Source: a bacterium
GTDB taxonomy: Bacteria; UBA8248; JACPRG01; G963555815
Length of the DNA stretch: 64,000 nt
Reading direction: 5' to 3'
NCBI GenBank assembly: GCA_965261595.1
Contig: CBDHDG010000006.1
Span: 96,001-160,000 of the forward strand
Shown here: positions 1 through 8,247 of the stretch, in pieces
Layout of the letters: every line of letters begins with the position of its first letter
Position numbering within the stretch: the stretch's first letter is position 1
Translations under genes and position numbers: made by a program
The notes under the pieces: model-generated
Seen by the model: the letters and a program-made list of their open reading frames with translations, nothing else
Databases searched by the model: none
Told to the model about the DNA's origin: nothing

Positions 1-62
1 ATTTTACTCCAGAAAATGTCCTCCGGTCCGACAAAAGTTATGATCCATATGGGATATCTGGG

Positions 63-923
63 GTAATTCACGATGCCGTTCAGCTTCGAGCCGAGCTTGC
101 TGAGAAAGACGGCGTACTGAAGACCCACCATCCCGCCTCCGAAGAGCTTCGGCTTCAGGCCGACTTCATGCGCCGCCCGGGTGATGCCGACCAACCCCGG
201 AGGGTAGGATCCCACGTACAGGAGGTCGGGATTGGTCGCCTTGATGGCCCGGACGATCGGCGTGAAGTCCGCCGTGCCCGGGGGATACCGCTTGTCGTAG
301 ACAATCTTGAAGCCGTACTTCTTGGCGTTGTCCCGGGCGCCGGAGACCGCGTTCCGGGCGAACTCGGCGTCCGCGCCGATGAGGGCGATGGTCTTCGGCC
401 TCGGCGTCTGCTGCAACGCGATCTGGAAGAAGCCGTTGGACCAGTCCGTCCTGGGGTGCAGGCCCGCCGGCATGATCTGGAAGTAGTGACGGTAGTTGAA
501 CTTCTCGTTGACCGCGAGGCCGAACAACCCCATGAACACCAGCCCGCGCTCCATCACGATGGGCATGGCGGGGGCGATGAGGTTCGTCCCGTACCCGGAG
601 ACGACGAAGTCCACTTTGTCCACGTCCAGGAGCTTGGAGTAGATGCCCGGAACGGTGGCCGACTTGGTCTGGTCGTCGTAGTAGACCAGCTCCACCTTGC
701 GGCCGAGCAGCCCGCCCTTCCGGTTCACGTCGTCCCGCCAGATTTTCATGGCGAGGACCGCGGCCTTCCCGTTGGCGGCCAGCCCTCCGGTGAGCGCCAT
801 GCCGAAACCGATCTTGATGGGCTTCTGGGCCAGGGCAGCGGACCCCAGCGGCCCGGCGAACATCACCACGGCCGCGAGGAACACCCCGATGTATGACATG
901 CGATGGAAAAATCGATCTTTCAT
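63..923 (-). CDS. Branched-chain amino acid-type ABC substrate-binding protein, apparently truncated at the 3' end
   Basis: Manual translation from ATG 923: signal peptide then KPIKIGFGMALTGGLAANGK...GGLLGRKVELVYYDDQ...VDFVVSGYGT. Family similarity stops after LNGIVNY at ~63. Not in the ORF track because the frame runs off the window. Confidence 0.85.
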
Positions 924-1188
924 TTTCCTCACCCTCCCTGAAAGCAAGAACCTGACTTCTTGACTGCGGGAAGATCCACCGTGCGCCGCCCGGACCGCCC
1001 ACGCCGAAGAAACTTCAATCGGTCCCGCGTTCTCCCCGCCATTGCGCCAAGCGGACCGTTCTCGGGCGGCCGCCGCAAATCGGGTGCTTGTGTTTTTCAA
1101 GGTAACAATACCGTAGCGTAGCAAAAATACAGGAGGTTGTGCAGCAACCCAACACAATTTTTATTCCCGGCAAAGGACGCCTGAAGTT

Positions 1189-3474
1189 TCATGCCCCTTC
1201 TCCAGACCGGGCATGGATCCCCCGCCACAGCTTGTCCGGCGTGACGGGCAGGTCCGTCATCCACACCCCCGCGGCATCGTGAATGGCCGAGACGATGGCC
1301 GGGCCTCCATCGACGGTGACCATCTCCCCGATCCCCTTCACCCCCCAGGGGCCCAGCGGGTCGCCCGCCTCGATGAAAATCCCCTCCACAGGGACGAAAT
1401 CCAGGGTGGTCGGCACCTTGTACTCGATGAGGTTGGGGTTGATCACCTGACCCTCTTGGCAGGCGATCTCCTCCATGAGGGTGAAACCCTGGGCCTGGGC
1501 GAATCCTCCCTCCACCTGCGCCTGCGCCCCGTTCGGGCTGACCACCCGCCCGATGTCCGAGGCGGAGACCACCCGCAGGATGCGGACCTCTCCCGTCTCG
1601 GGATCCACCTCCACCTCGACGGCCTTGGCCCCGAAGGCGAACGCACTCGAGAAATTCCCCCGCCCCGTCTTCTTGTCGGCCAGCTCGCTGGGCGCGTCGT
1701 AATGAGCCTGAGCCCACATGGCCTGGCCGTCCTTGCGGTAGCGGTTGGCCTTGACCACGTCGGAGAGCGACAAAGCCCGCTCGGGGGCTCCCCGCACGAA
1801 GACCTTTTCCCCGGAAACCTCCAGGTCGGACGGATCGGCCTCCAGCCGCCCGGCGGCCGTCTCGATCACCTGATCGCGCACCTTCGCGGCCGCCCGCCGG
1901 ACGGCCTCTCCTCCGATCGCCGTGTTCCGGCTGGCCCGCGCCCCCCACCCCATCGGGATGACGTCGGTGTCTCCGAAGACGACCATGATCTTCTCCATCG
2001 GGACGCCCAGGACCTCGGCGGCCATCTGGGCCAGGACTGTGTTGGAGCCGTTTCCGATCTCGCACACGGACGTGGCCAGATGGATGGAGCCGTCGTCGTT
2101 CAAGGTGATGGCCGCCCCGGCGAAGTCGGCGTCAATGCCCGGGGAGAGCCGGACGCCGACGAAGTGGACGCCGCACGCCACCCCGACGCCCCGGTTCGGC
2201 CGGCTCTTCTTATAATTCTCGTCCCAGCCGATCCGCCGGGCCACCTCGGAGATGCACTCCGAGAGGGCGCACGACCCGAAACGCGCCCCGGAGGCGGCCT
2301 CATCGCCCACGCGGACGGCGTTCTTCAGGCGCAGCTCGACCGGGTTCATCCCCAGGCGGTCGGCGATCATGTTGAGCTGCGTCTCGCAGGCGAAGGTGAT
2401 CTGCGGGTTGCCCAGTCCCCGCATGGCCCCCCCGAAGGGGTTGTTGGTGTAGACCACATAGCCGTCGTACCGGTAATTGGGGAACCGGTAGAGGGTCCCT
2501 CCCAGGGCGCCGGCCACATTGCACACCACCGGGCCGTAGTCGCAATAGCCGCCGTTGTCCATGACCACGCGGCAATCCCGGGCGGTGATGACGCCTTCGG
2601 CGTCCAGGGCGGTCTTGACGTGGACGATGAAGGGGTGCCGGAAGGTGGAATAGGCGGTCTCCTCCTCGCGGGTGTGCTCGATCTTCACCGGCCGGCCGGA
2701 CTTTTTCGCCAGCTCGATGGCGCAGAAATCGATGCAGAACTTGCCCGTCGCCTTGCTGCCGAATCCCCCGCCGACGTTGTTCGTGACAATGCGGATCTGG
2801 CTCTCGGGCACCTTGAGGATCTTGGCCATGTTCGTCCGGGAGTAAGAGGGGGCCTGGGTGGAATAGTAGAAGGTCAGCCGCCCGGTCGGCTCCACGTGGG
2901 CCACGCAGACATGGGGCTCCATGCACAGGTGGGCCTGCCGCGCGGTCTCGAAATCGTCCTCGAACACGTGGGCGGCCCGGCGGAACGCCCCGTCCACGTC
3001 GCCGGCGTCGTATTGGATGTGCGCCGCGATGTTGCCCTCTTTGTCGTCGTGAATCAGGGTCCGGCCCGGCTCCATCGCCTCTTCGGGATGGAAGACGGCG
3101 GGCAATTCCTCGTAGTCCACCTCTATCCGCGACAAGGCCTCATCGGCCGCGTCGAGGTCCGCCGCAGCCACGGCGGCCACCGGGTCCCCGATGTGGCGGA
3201 CCTTCTCGGCGGCAAGGGGGATCTGGTCATAATGGGACACGCCGAATTTGTAAGGGACCTCGGCGCCGATCAGGACGGCCTTGACGCCCCTGACCTTTTC
3301 GGCCTCGTCGGTCCGGATGCCTCGGATCCGGGCGTGCGGGAGAGCGCTCCGAAGCAGACGCCCGTGGAGCATCCCCGGGAGGTTGACGTCCGCCGTGTAG
3401 CGGGCCTCGCCGATCGCCTTGACGTGGGCGTCCACGCGGACGACGTTCTTCCCGACATACGCCAGTTCACTCAT
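1189..3474 (-). CDS. Xanthine dehydrogenase family molybdopterin-binding large subunit (HcrA/CoxL-like)
   Basis: Motifs LRSALPHARI, GGGFGSK, AMRGLGNPQ, AQVEGG and GPWGVKGIGE; 761 aa. Confidence 0.92.
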   Translation of the reverse strand: MSELAYVGKNVVRVDAHVKAIGEARYTADVNLPGMLHGRLLRSALPHARIRGIRTDEAEKVRGVKAVLIGAEVPYKFGVSHYDQIPLAAEKVRHIGDPVAAVAAADLDAADEALSRIEVDYEELPAVFHPEEAMEPGRTLIHDDKEGNIAAHIQYDAGDVDGAFRRAAHVFEDDFETARQAHLCMEPHVCVAHVEPTGRLTFYYSTQAPSYSRTNMAKILKVPESQIRIVTNNVGGGFGSKATGKFCIDFCAIELAKKSGRPVKIEHTREEETAYSTFRHPFIVHVKTALDAEGVITARDCRVVMDNGGYCDYGPVVCNVAGALGGTLYRFPNYRYDGYVVYTNNPFGGAMRGLGNPQITFACETQLNMIADRLGMNPVELRLKNAVRVGDEAASGARFGSCALSECISEVARRIGWDENYKKSRPNRGVGVACGVHFVGVRLSPGIDADFAGAAITLNDDGSIHLATSVCEIGNGSNTVLAQMAAEVLGVPMEKIMVVFGDTDVIPMGWGARASRNTAIGGEAVRRAAAKVRDQVIETAAGRLEADPSDLEVSGEKVFVRGAPERALSLSDVVKANRYRKDGQAMWAQAHYDAPSELADKKTGRGNFSSAFAFGAKAVEVEVDPETGEVRILRVVSASDIGRVVSPNGAQAQVEGGFAQAQGFTLMEEIACQEGQVINPNLIEYKVPTTLDFVPVEGIFIEAGDPLGPWGVKGIGEMVTVDGGPAIVSAIHDAAGVWMTDLPVTPDKLWRGIHARSGEGA

Positions 3475-3675
3475 GGTCGCGGCCTCCAGGCGGACAGAAT
3501 CCGGGCCTTGGCCTGAACGGCGACCGAGGTCTCGCCGGAAGCGCCTCGATGTCCGTCCTTCAGCCGGCAGCCGAATGGGGTTTCTGTGTTATGTAACTGG
3601 GTACAACATCTCATAGACGGCCGGAAATGCCAAGTTCGGGCGAATCACAGGGGGAGGGGGGGGAGAGAGGGAGAA

Positions 3676-4080
3676 ATGGAAGAGATTCAAGTGAATTCAC
3701 AGAGCCGAAACGAGATGATCGACATCACGGACCGGCTTCGCGCCATCGTCCGGCAAAGGGGCGTCCGGGAAGGCGCCGCCTTCCTCCAGAGCCTGCACAC
3801 GACGGCCGGGCTGACAATCAACGAGAACGCCGACCCCGACGTCCCCCGCGATCTCCTGGCCAAGCTCGCGGACCTGATTCCCCGGCGGGAGACGTTCTAC
3901 CGCCACGGCGAGGGGAACAGCGACAGCCACTGGAAGACCGCGGCTTTCGGGCCGTCCCTGACGGTCCTGATCCACGAGGGCGACCTCGTCCTCGGGACCT
4001 GGCAGGGGGTCTTCTTCTGCGAGTTCGACGGGCCGCGCCCCAACCGCCGCGTCGCCGTCCAGATCCTCGGGGCCGGGTAA
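3676..4080 (+). CDS. yjbQ: YjbQ / UPF0047 family protein
   Basis: HTTAGLTINENADPDV, HGEGNSDSH, LGTWQGVFFCEFDGPR; GA-rich RBS before ATG 3676. Confidence 0.92.
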   Translation: MEEIQVNSQSRNEMIDITDRLRAIVRQRGVREGAAFLQSLHTTAGLTINENADPDVPRDLLAKLADLIPRRETFYRHGEGNSDSHWKTAAFGPSLTVLIHEGDLVLGTWQGVFFCEFDGPRPNRRVAVQILGAG

Positions 4081-4285
4081 TCCGTTGTATGTTTCGATGA
4101 GGGCAATCATCTATATTGTTTCCAAAAGAGGCCCGTCTCCGGTAAAATTCACCTCAAGCAATTCGGATTCCGGAGGGAAAGGGAAATGGACCCCCGATGG
4201 GATTCGGGAATTTCGATTTTGGGTCTGTGTTGCTAATGGATATCGGCCTGGGAATCGGGGGTTTGGGGCGAAGGAGGAATAGACG

Positions 4286-5152
4286 ATGACCATCAAGATT
4301 CGGTTCACGAACGAGGGAACGGTCTTCACGCTTCCGTGGGACGTGGCCGCGCAAAACGGCTACTTCAAGGAAGAGGGCATCGAAGCCGAGGTCTGGGACC
4401 CCGACCCTGCCCTCGTGCCGGCCCCGGTCTTCGAGCGACCCGTGGCGGTGGACTACGAACAAGGCGGGCTGGAGGCCTACAACAAGTGCGAGTGGGGGGT
4501 CATCAAGCGCGCGGCCGACGGCGAACGAAGCGGATTGATCCTCGCGAAGCGCGAAAGCGTGGCCACCATGGCCATCTGCGTCCGGGGGAATTCTCCTTAT
4601 CAACGACTGGACGACCTGGCGGGTCTCCCCGTCGCCATTCAGGACCAGACGGGCTCCCACTACACCGCCCTGAAGATGCTCGAAGGGCACGTTCCCGACG
4701 AGGAGGCCGTCGTCCAACACATCGGCGGGCCGGTCCTCCGCACGCGCGCCCTGCTGGCCGGCGAGATTCCGGCGGCGAACCTGATGGAGCCCTTCATCAG
4801 CCTGGCCGAAAGCCGGGGCTGCCGGGTGATCGCCGAGACGAAGTATTGGGGTCTTCTTTACGCGACGGAGGACTACGACGACGACGCCCGCGAGGCCATC
4901 TTCCGGGCGCTGCGCCGGGCGGTGGACGAGATCCGGGGGGACCTCAAGAAGCACGCGGCGCTGCTCCTGCGGGACATCCCCGAGGACCTCAAGGACGGTT
5001 TCACGGTGGATGCCCTCGACCTGAGAAGGCTGACGTACGTCTATCCGGAGCCTTATACGGAGAAGGAGTTCAACTGGGCGTCGGATTACATGAAAAAGCG
5101 GGGCCTGAAACCCGACCGGAAGGTCGAGTACACCGACGTGGTGAAGGTGTAA
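4286..5152 (+). CDS. NMT1/SsuA-like substrate-binding-fold protein without a signal peptide
   Basis: VAAQNGYFKEEGIE, LDDLAGLPVAI, LMEPFISLAE; AGGAGG RBS. Confidence 0.75.
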   Translation: MTIKIRFTNEGTVFTLPWDVAAQNGYFKEEGIEAEVWDPDPALVPAPVFERPVAVDYEQGGLEAYNKCEWGVIKRAADGERSGLILAKRESVATMAICVRGNSPYQRLDDLAGLPVAIQDQTGSHYTALKMLEGHVPDEEAVVQHIGGPVLRTRALLAGEIPAANLMEPFISLAESRGCRVIAETKYWGLLYATEDYDDDAREAIFRALRRAVDEIRGDLKKHAALLLRDIPEDLKDGFTVDALDLRRLTYVYPEPYTEKEFNWASDYMKKRGLKPDRKVEYTDVVKV

Positions 5153-5174
5153 CCCCTTTCCCGCAAGCCTTCAG

Positions 5175-5208
5175 CGCCCTCTCCCCGCGCGGGAGGGGGC
5201 GTTTTTTA
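5175..5208 (+). terminator. Rho-independent terminator
   Basis: Stem-loop CGCCCTCTCCC-CGCGC-GGGAGGGGGCG followed by a T run. Confidence 0.8.
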
Positions 5209-5248
5209 TTCAAGCGCGCCCTCTTCCTGGTAGCCAGTCCGGCTCTTC

Positions 5249-6274
5249 TCAGCCCACACAGACGCGAGAGAGCTCCTGCATGTTCTCCAGGATCTCGCCC
5301 GTTCCCCGGACGACGGCGGTGAGGGGGTCCTTCGCCCGGTAGATGGGGAGTTTCGTCTCTTCGTGGAGGCGGCTTCCCAGCCCCTTCAGAAGCGAGCCGC
5401 CGCCCGCGAGGACGACGCCCCGCTTCATGATTTCGGCGGCCTGCTCGGGGCTTGTGCGCTCCAGGGCGCGGCGGACGGAATCCACAATGGCCCGGACCGG
5501 CCCGGTCAGGGCCTCCCGGACGTTCCGGTCGTCCACGCTCACCGATTTCGGGATGCCGTCCATCAGGTCCCGTCCGCGAACGACCGTTTCCAGCCGGGAG
5601 CTGAGGATGGACGCCGAGCCGATCTCGATCTTCGCCCGCTCGGCCTCGAAGGGGCCGATGGCCATGTTGAACTCTTTGCGGATCAACCTCTGGACGGCCT
5701 CGTCCATTTCGTCGCCCGCGACCCGGATGGACTCGCTGTACACGGTGGCGTACCGGCTGATGACCGCCACCTCGGTCGTGCCGCCGCCGATGTCCACGAT
5801 CATGTTGCTGCCGACTTCATGGATGGGGAGCTTGGCGCCGATGGCGGCGGCCATGGGCTCCTCCACCAGGTGAACCTTCACGGACCCCGCGTCCAACGCG
5901 GATTCCCGGACGGCGCGCTTTTCCACCTGGGTGATGCCCGAGGGGATGCAGACGATCATCTTGGGGCGGAAGGTGCGGCGGTTTTTGTACACCCGGCGGA
6001 TGAAATACTTGATCATGGCCTTGGTCACATCGTAATCGGCGATGACCCCGTCCTTCATAGGGCGGACGATGGCGATGCTCTCGGGGGTCTTGCCCCACAT
6101 CTCCTTGGCCTTGTGGCCGACCGCCAGGATCTTGCCGGTGGCCTGCTCCAGGGCGACCACCGACGGCTCGTCCAGAAGGATCCCGCGTCCCCGGACATAG
6201 ATCAGGCTGTTGGCGGTTCCCAGGTCCATGGCGATACCGGTGGGAAACCAGCGCGAAAAAAAGGGTATATGCAT
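5249..6274 (-). CDS. mreB: Rod shape-determining actin homologue MreB (orphan copy, no mreCD adjacent)
   Basis: MDLGTANSLIY, EEPMAAAIGA, IVDIGGGTTEVAVIS, VLAGGGSLL. Confidence 0.95.
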   Translation of the reverse strand: MHIPFFSRWFPTGIAMDLGTANSLIYVRGRGILLDEPSVVALEQATGKILAVGHKAKEMWGKTPESIAIVRPMKDGVIADYDVTKAMIKYFIRRVYKNRRTFRPKMIVCIPSGITQVEKRAVRESALDAGSVKVHLVEEPMAAAIGAKLPIHEVGSNMIVDIGGGTTEVAVISRYATVYSESIRVAGDEMDEAVQRLIRKEFNMAIGPFEAERAKIEIGSASILSSRLETVVRGRDLMDGIPKSVSVDDRNVREALTGPVRAIVDSVRRALERTSPEQAAEIMKRGVVLAGGGSLLKGLGSRLHEETKLPIYRAKDPLTAVVRGTGEILENMQELSRVCVG

Positions 6275-6277
6275 CTG

Positions 6278-7759
6278 TCAGCCTTTGACCTCCGCAATGG
6301 AACAGATGGTTTCTCGTCCCCGGGACTTGGCCCACTCGAGGGCCCGGAGCCCCTGGGCGATGAGTCTTCCCTCGGCGTCCCCGTCCTGGGGAAACACAGC
6401 CAGCCCAAAGTGCACCGAGAGCCGGAACTCGATGGATCCGGCCCGGAGATAGGAGTTTTCCAGCGTGTCCTGAAGCCGTCCGGCCGTCTCTCGGGCCGCA
6501 TCGAGATCTTTGCCGACCAGGGCCATCACAAACCGGCGACCGAGACACCGCGCCAGCAGGTCCGGCTCATCCAGAGACCGGCGGTAGAAATCAGCCAGCT
6601 CGCGCAGGAGTGAGTCGCCCGCCTCGCGGCCCCGGTCCGCGTAGACTTCCTGAACCTCCTCGGAGTCGGCGATCAGGATGGACACCGGGCGCAGGGTGTC
6701 CGACGCCAGGGCGAGGGCGTCGGTGAGACGGGCGGTGAAGGCCGGATAGGCCGGCAACCCGGTCACATCGTCCAAGGCCCCCAGACCCTCCCGGCGCGCC
6801 CGCATCCGGGCGGCGGCCAGCGCCCCCGAGGCCAGGCCTTGGAGCAGCTCCGCCGCGGCCAGCTCGCGTTCGTCAAAACCTCCGGCCTCGGCCCGCGCGA
6901 ACGCCAGCAGGCCGAAGACCTCCCTCCCCCCCCCTCCCTCCCCCCCCCCCGTGCTGAGCGGAACACCGAGAAAGGCGCCCAACGGCCGGCGGGCCTCGGC
7001 GGGGTGGAACAGGTGGGTCTCCCGCAGCTCGTCCTTGATGGTCGGGAGATGAAACGTCTCTCCGTGCGTCAGCACCCAGCCCGCGAGACTGCTCTCCATG
7101 GACACCGACAGGCCGATGGGCGTGTCGGCGCCGTGCGTCACGCACCGGACGACGCGAAACGCCTTCTCCCCCGGCGCGCGCCAGACGAGCGCCGCCGTCT
7201 CGCACTTCAGCAACCGTTTCGGGATGTTGCAGGCCGCGTCGAGGACCGCGTCGGCGTCGCCGGCGGCCGTGATGGGCGCCGCGTAATCGCGAAGGGCTTC
7301 CAGGGTGACGAAGTCCCGGCCGATCCGCCGGTAGACGTCGCTCTTTTCGAGCATCCGCGTCACCTGATCGGCGAAACCGATGAGGAGTTTTTGGACCTTG
7401 GGGGTGAAGACATACTGCCGCTTGCTGTCGATGAAGAGGACGCCGGTCCCGCCGGGCGTGGCCACCGGGACGGCCAGGAAGGATTTGATGTCCTCCTCGG
7501 CGCGGTACAGCCCGAGGGCCTTGAGGTCATGTTTGAACTCGGTGGAGTGGAGCGGATCGCCGCGCTCGGCCACCCAGCCGATGAGGCCCTGGCCGACCTC
7601 GATCTCCCGGTCCTTCAGGACATGGTCGCTCAGGCTGTGGCAGACGCGAAGCCGCAAAGGCCCGTCCGACTCCCGGGGAACGAACAGGGCGGCCGTATAG
7701 GCGTCGGTGACGTTGCTCAACAGACCGATCAGGCTCTGGAGATCTTCTTCGAGTTTCAT
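6278..7759 (-). CDS. GAF-GAF protein with a degenerate C-terminal GGDEF domain
   Basis: GAF motifs GQGLIGWVAE/SFLAVPV and SLAGWVL/AFLGVPL; DDVTGLP then ARCLGRRF in place of RxGGDEF. Start taken at MKLEEDL. Confidence 0.8.
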   Translation of the reverse strand: MKLEEDLQSLIGLLSNVTDAYTAALFVPRESDGPLRLRVCHSLSDHVLKDREIEVGQGLIGWVAERGDPLHSTEFKHDLKALGLYRAEEDIKSFLAVPVATPGGTGVLFIDSKRQYVFTPKVQKLLIGFADQVTRMLEKSDVYRRIGRDFVTLEALRDYAAPITAAGDADAVLDAACNIPKRLLKCETAALVWRAPGEKAFRVVRCVTHGADTPIGLSVSMESSLAGWVLTHGETFHLPTIKDELRETHLFHPAEARRPLGAFLGVPLSTGGGEGGGGREVFGLLAFARAEAGGFDERELAAAELLQGLASGALAAARMRARREGLGALDDVTGLPAYPAFTARLTDALALASDTLRPVSILIADSEEVQEVYADRGREAGDSLLRELADFYRRSLDEPDLLARCLGRRFVMALVGKDLDAARETAGRLQDTLENSYLRAGSIEFRLSVHFGLAVFPQDGDAEGRLIAQGLRALEWAKSRGRETICSIAEVKG

Positions 7760-8013
7760 CGAGGCAGGGGAAAAAAGCCGTCGGGAAAAATCATCACCCC
7801 CTGACGGTACCACACCCGGGGGGGCGTCCGCAACGTGATTTTCCGGATGTGAAATCCCGGTCTTCATGATCCGGATCAGGGTTCTCACCGATTGCTGGGC
7901 AGTCGCCTGGATTTCTCACCAACCATCCGACGGGCCGGGTTCGTTTAACGCCAAGGCGATCCGCAGATTGGAAAAGGCCAAAGAGAAAGACACACTTCAA
8001 TCGATCCGCAGAC

Positions 8014-8039
8014 GCCGTCCCCGCGCAGGCGGGGATTCC
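8014..8039. repeat. REP-like palindrome, degenerate copy of the 16997 element
   Basis: GTCCCCGCGCAGGCGGGGATTCC resembles GTCATTCCCGCGCAGGCGGGAATCCAG. Confidence 0.6.
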
Positions 8040-8247
8040 GCAGATTACCCAGATTTGGAAAAGGGCAAAGACAGAGACACAAGACGGGCATTCGGCCATA
8101 AAAGTCGGGGTTCTGGTTTGACTGTTTGTGAGAAACAGGGATTGGCATTTGGCCTCACCGGGCTTTTAAGGCAAAATTCCCAGGAAGGGGGAGGCATTTA
8201 CACGGATAGTTTCGACCGTGACGCACGCCCCCGGGAGAGGGTTCACG

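Noticed and set aside
3586..3609. ModE-like box upstream of the molybdoenzyme gene
   Set aside because: Only one half-site (GTTATGTA) resembles the consensus; too weak to call.
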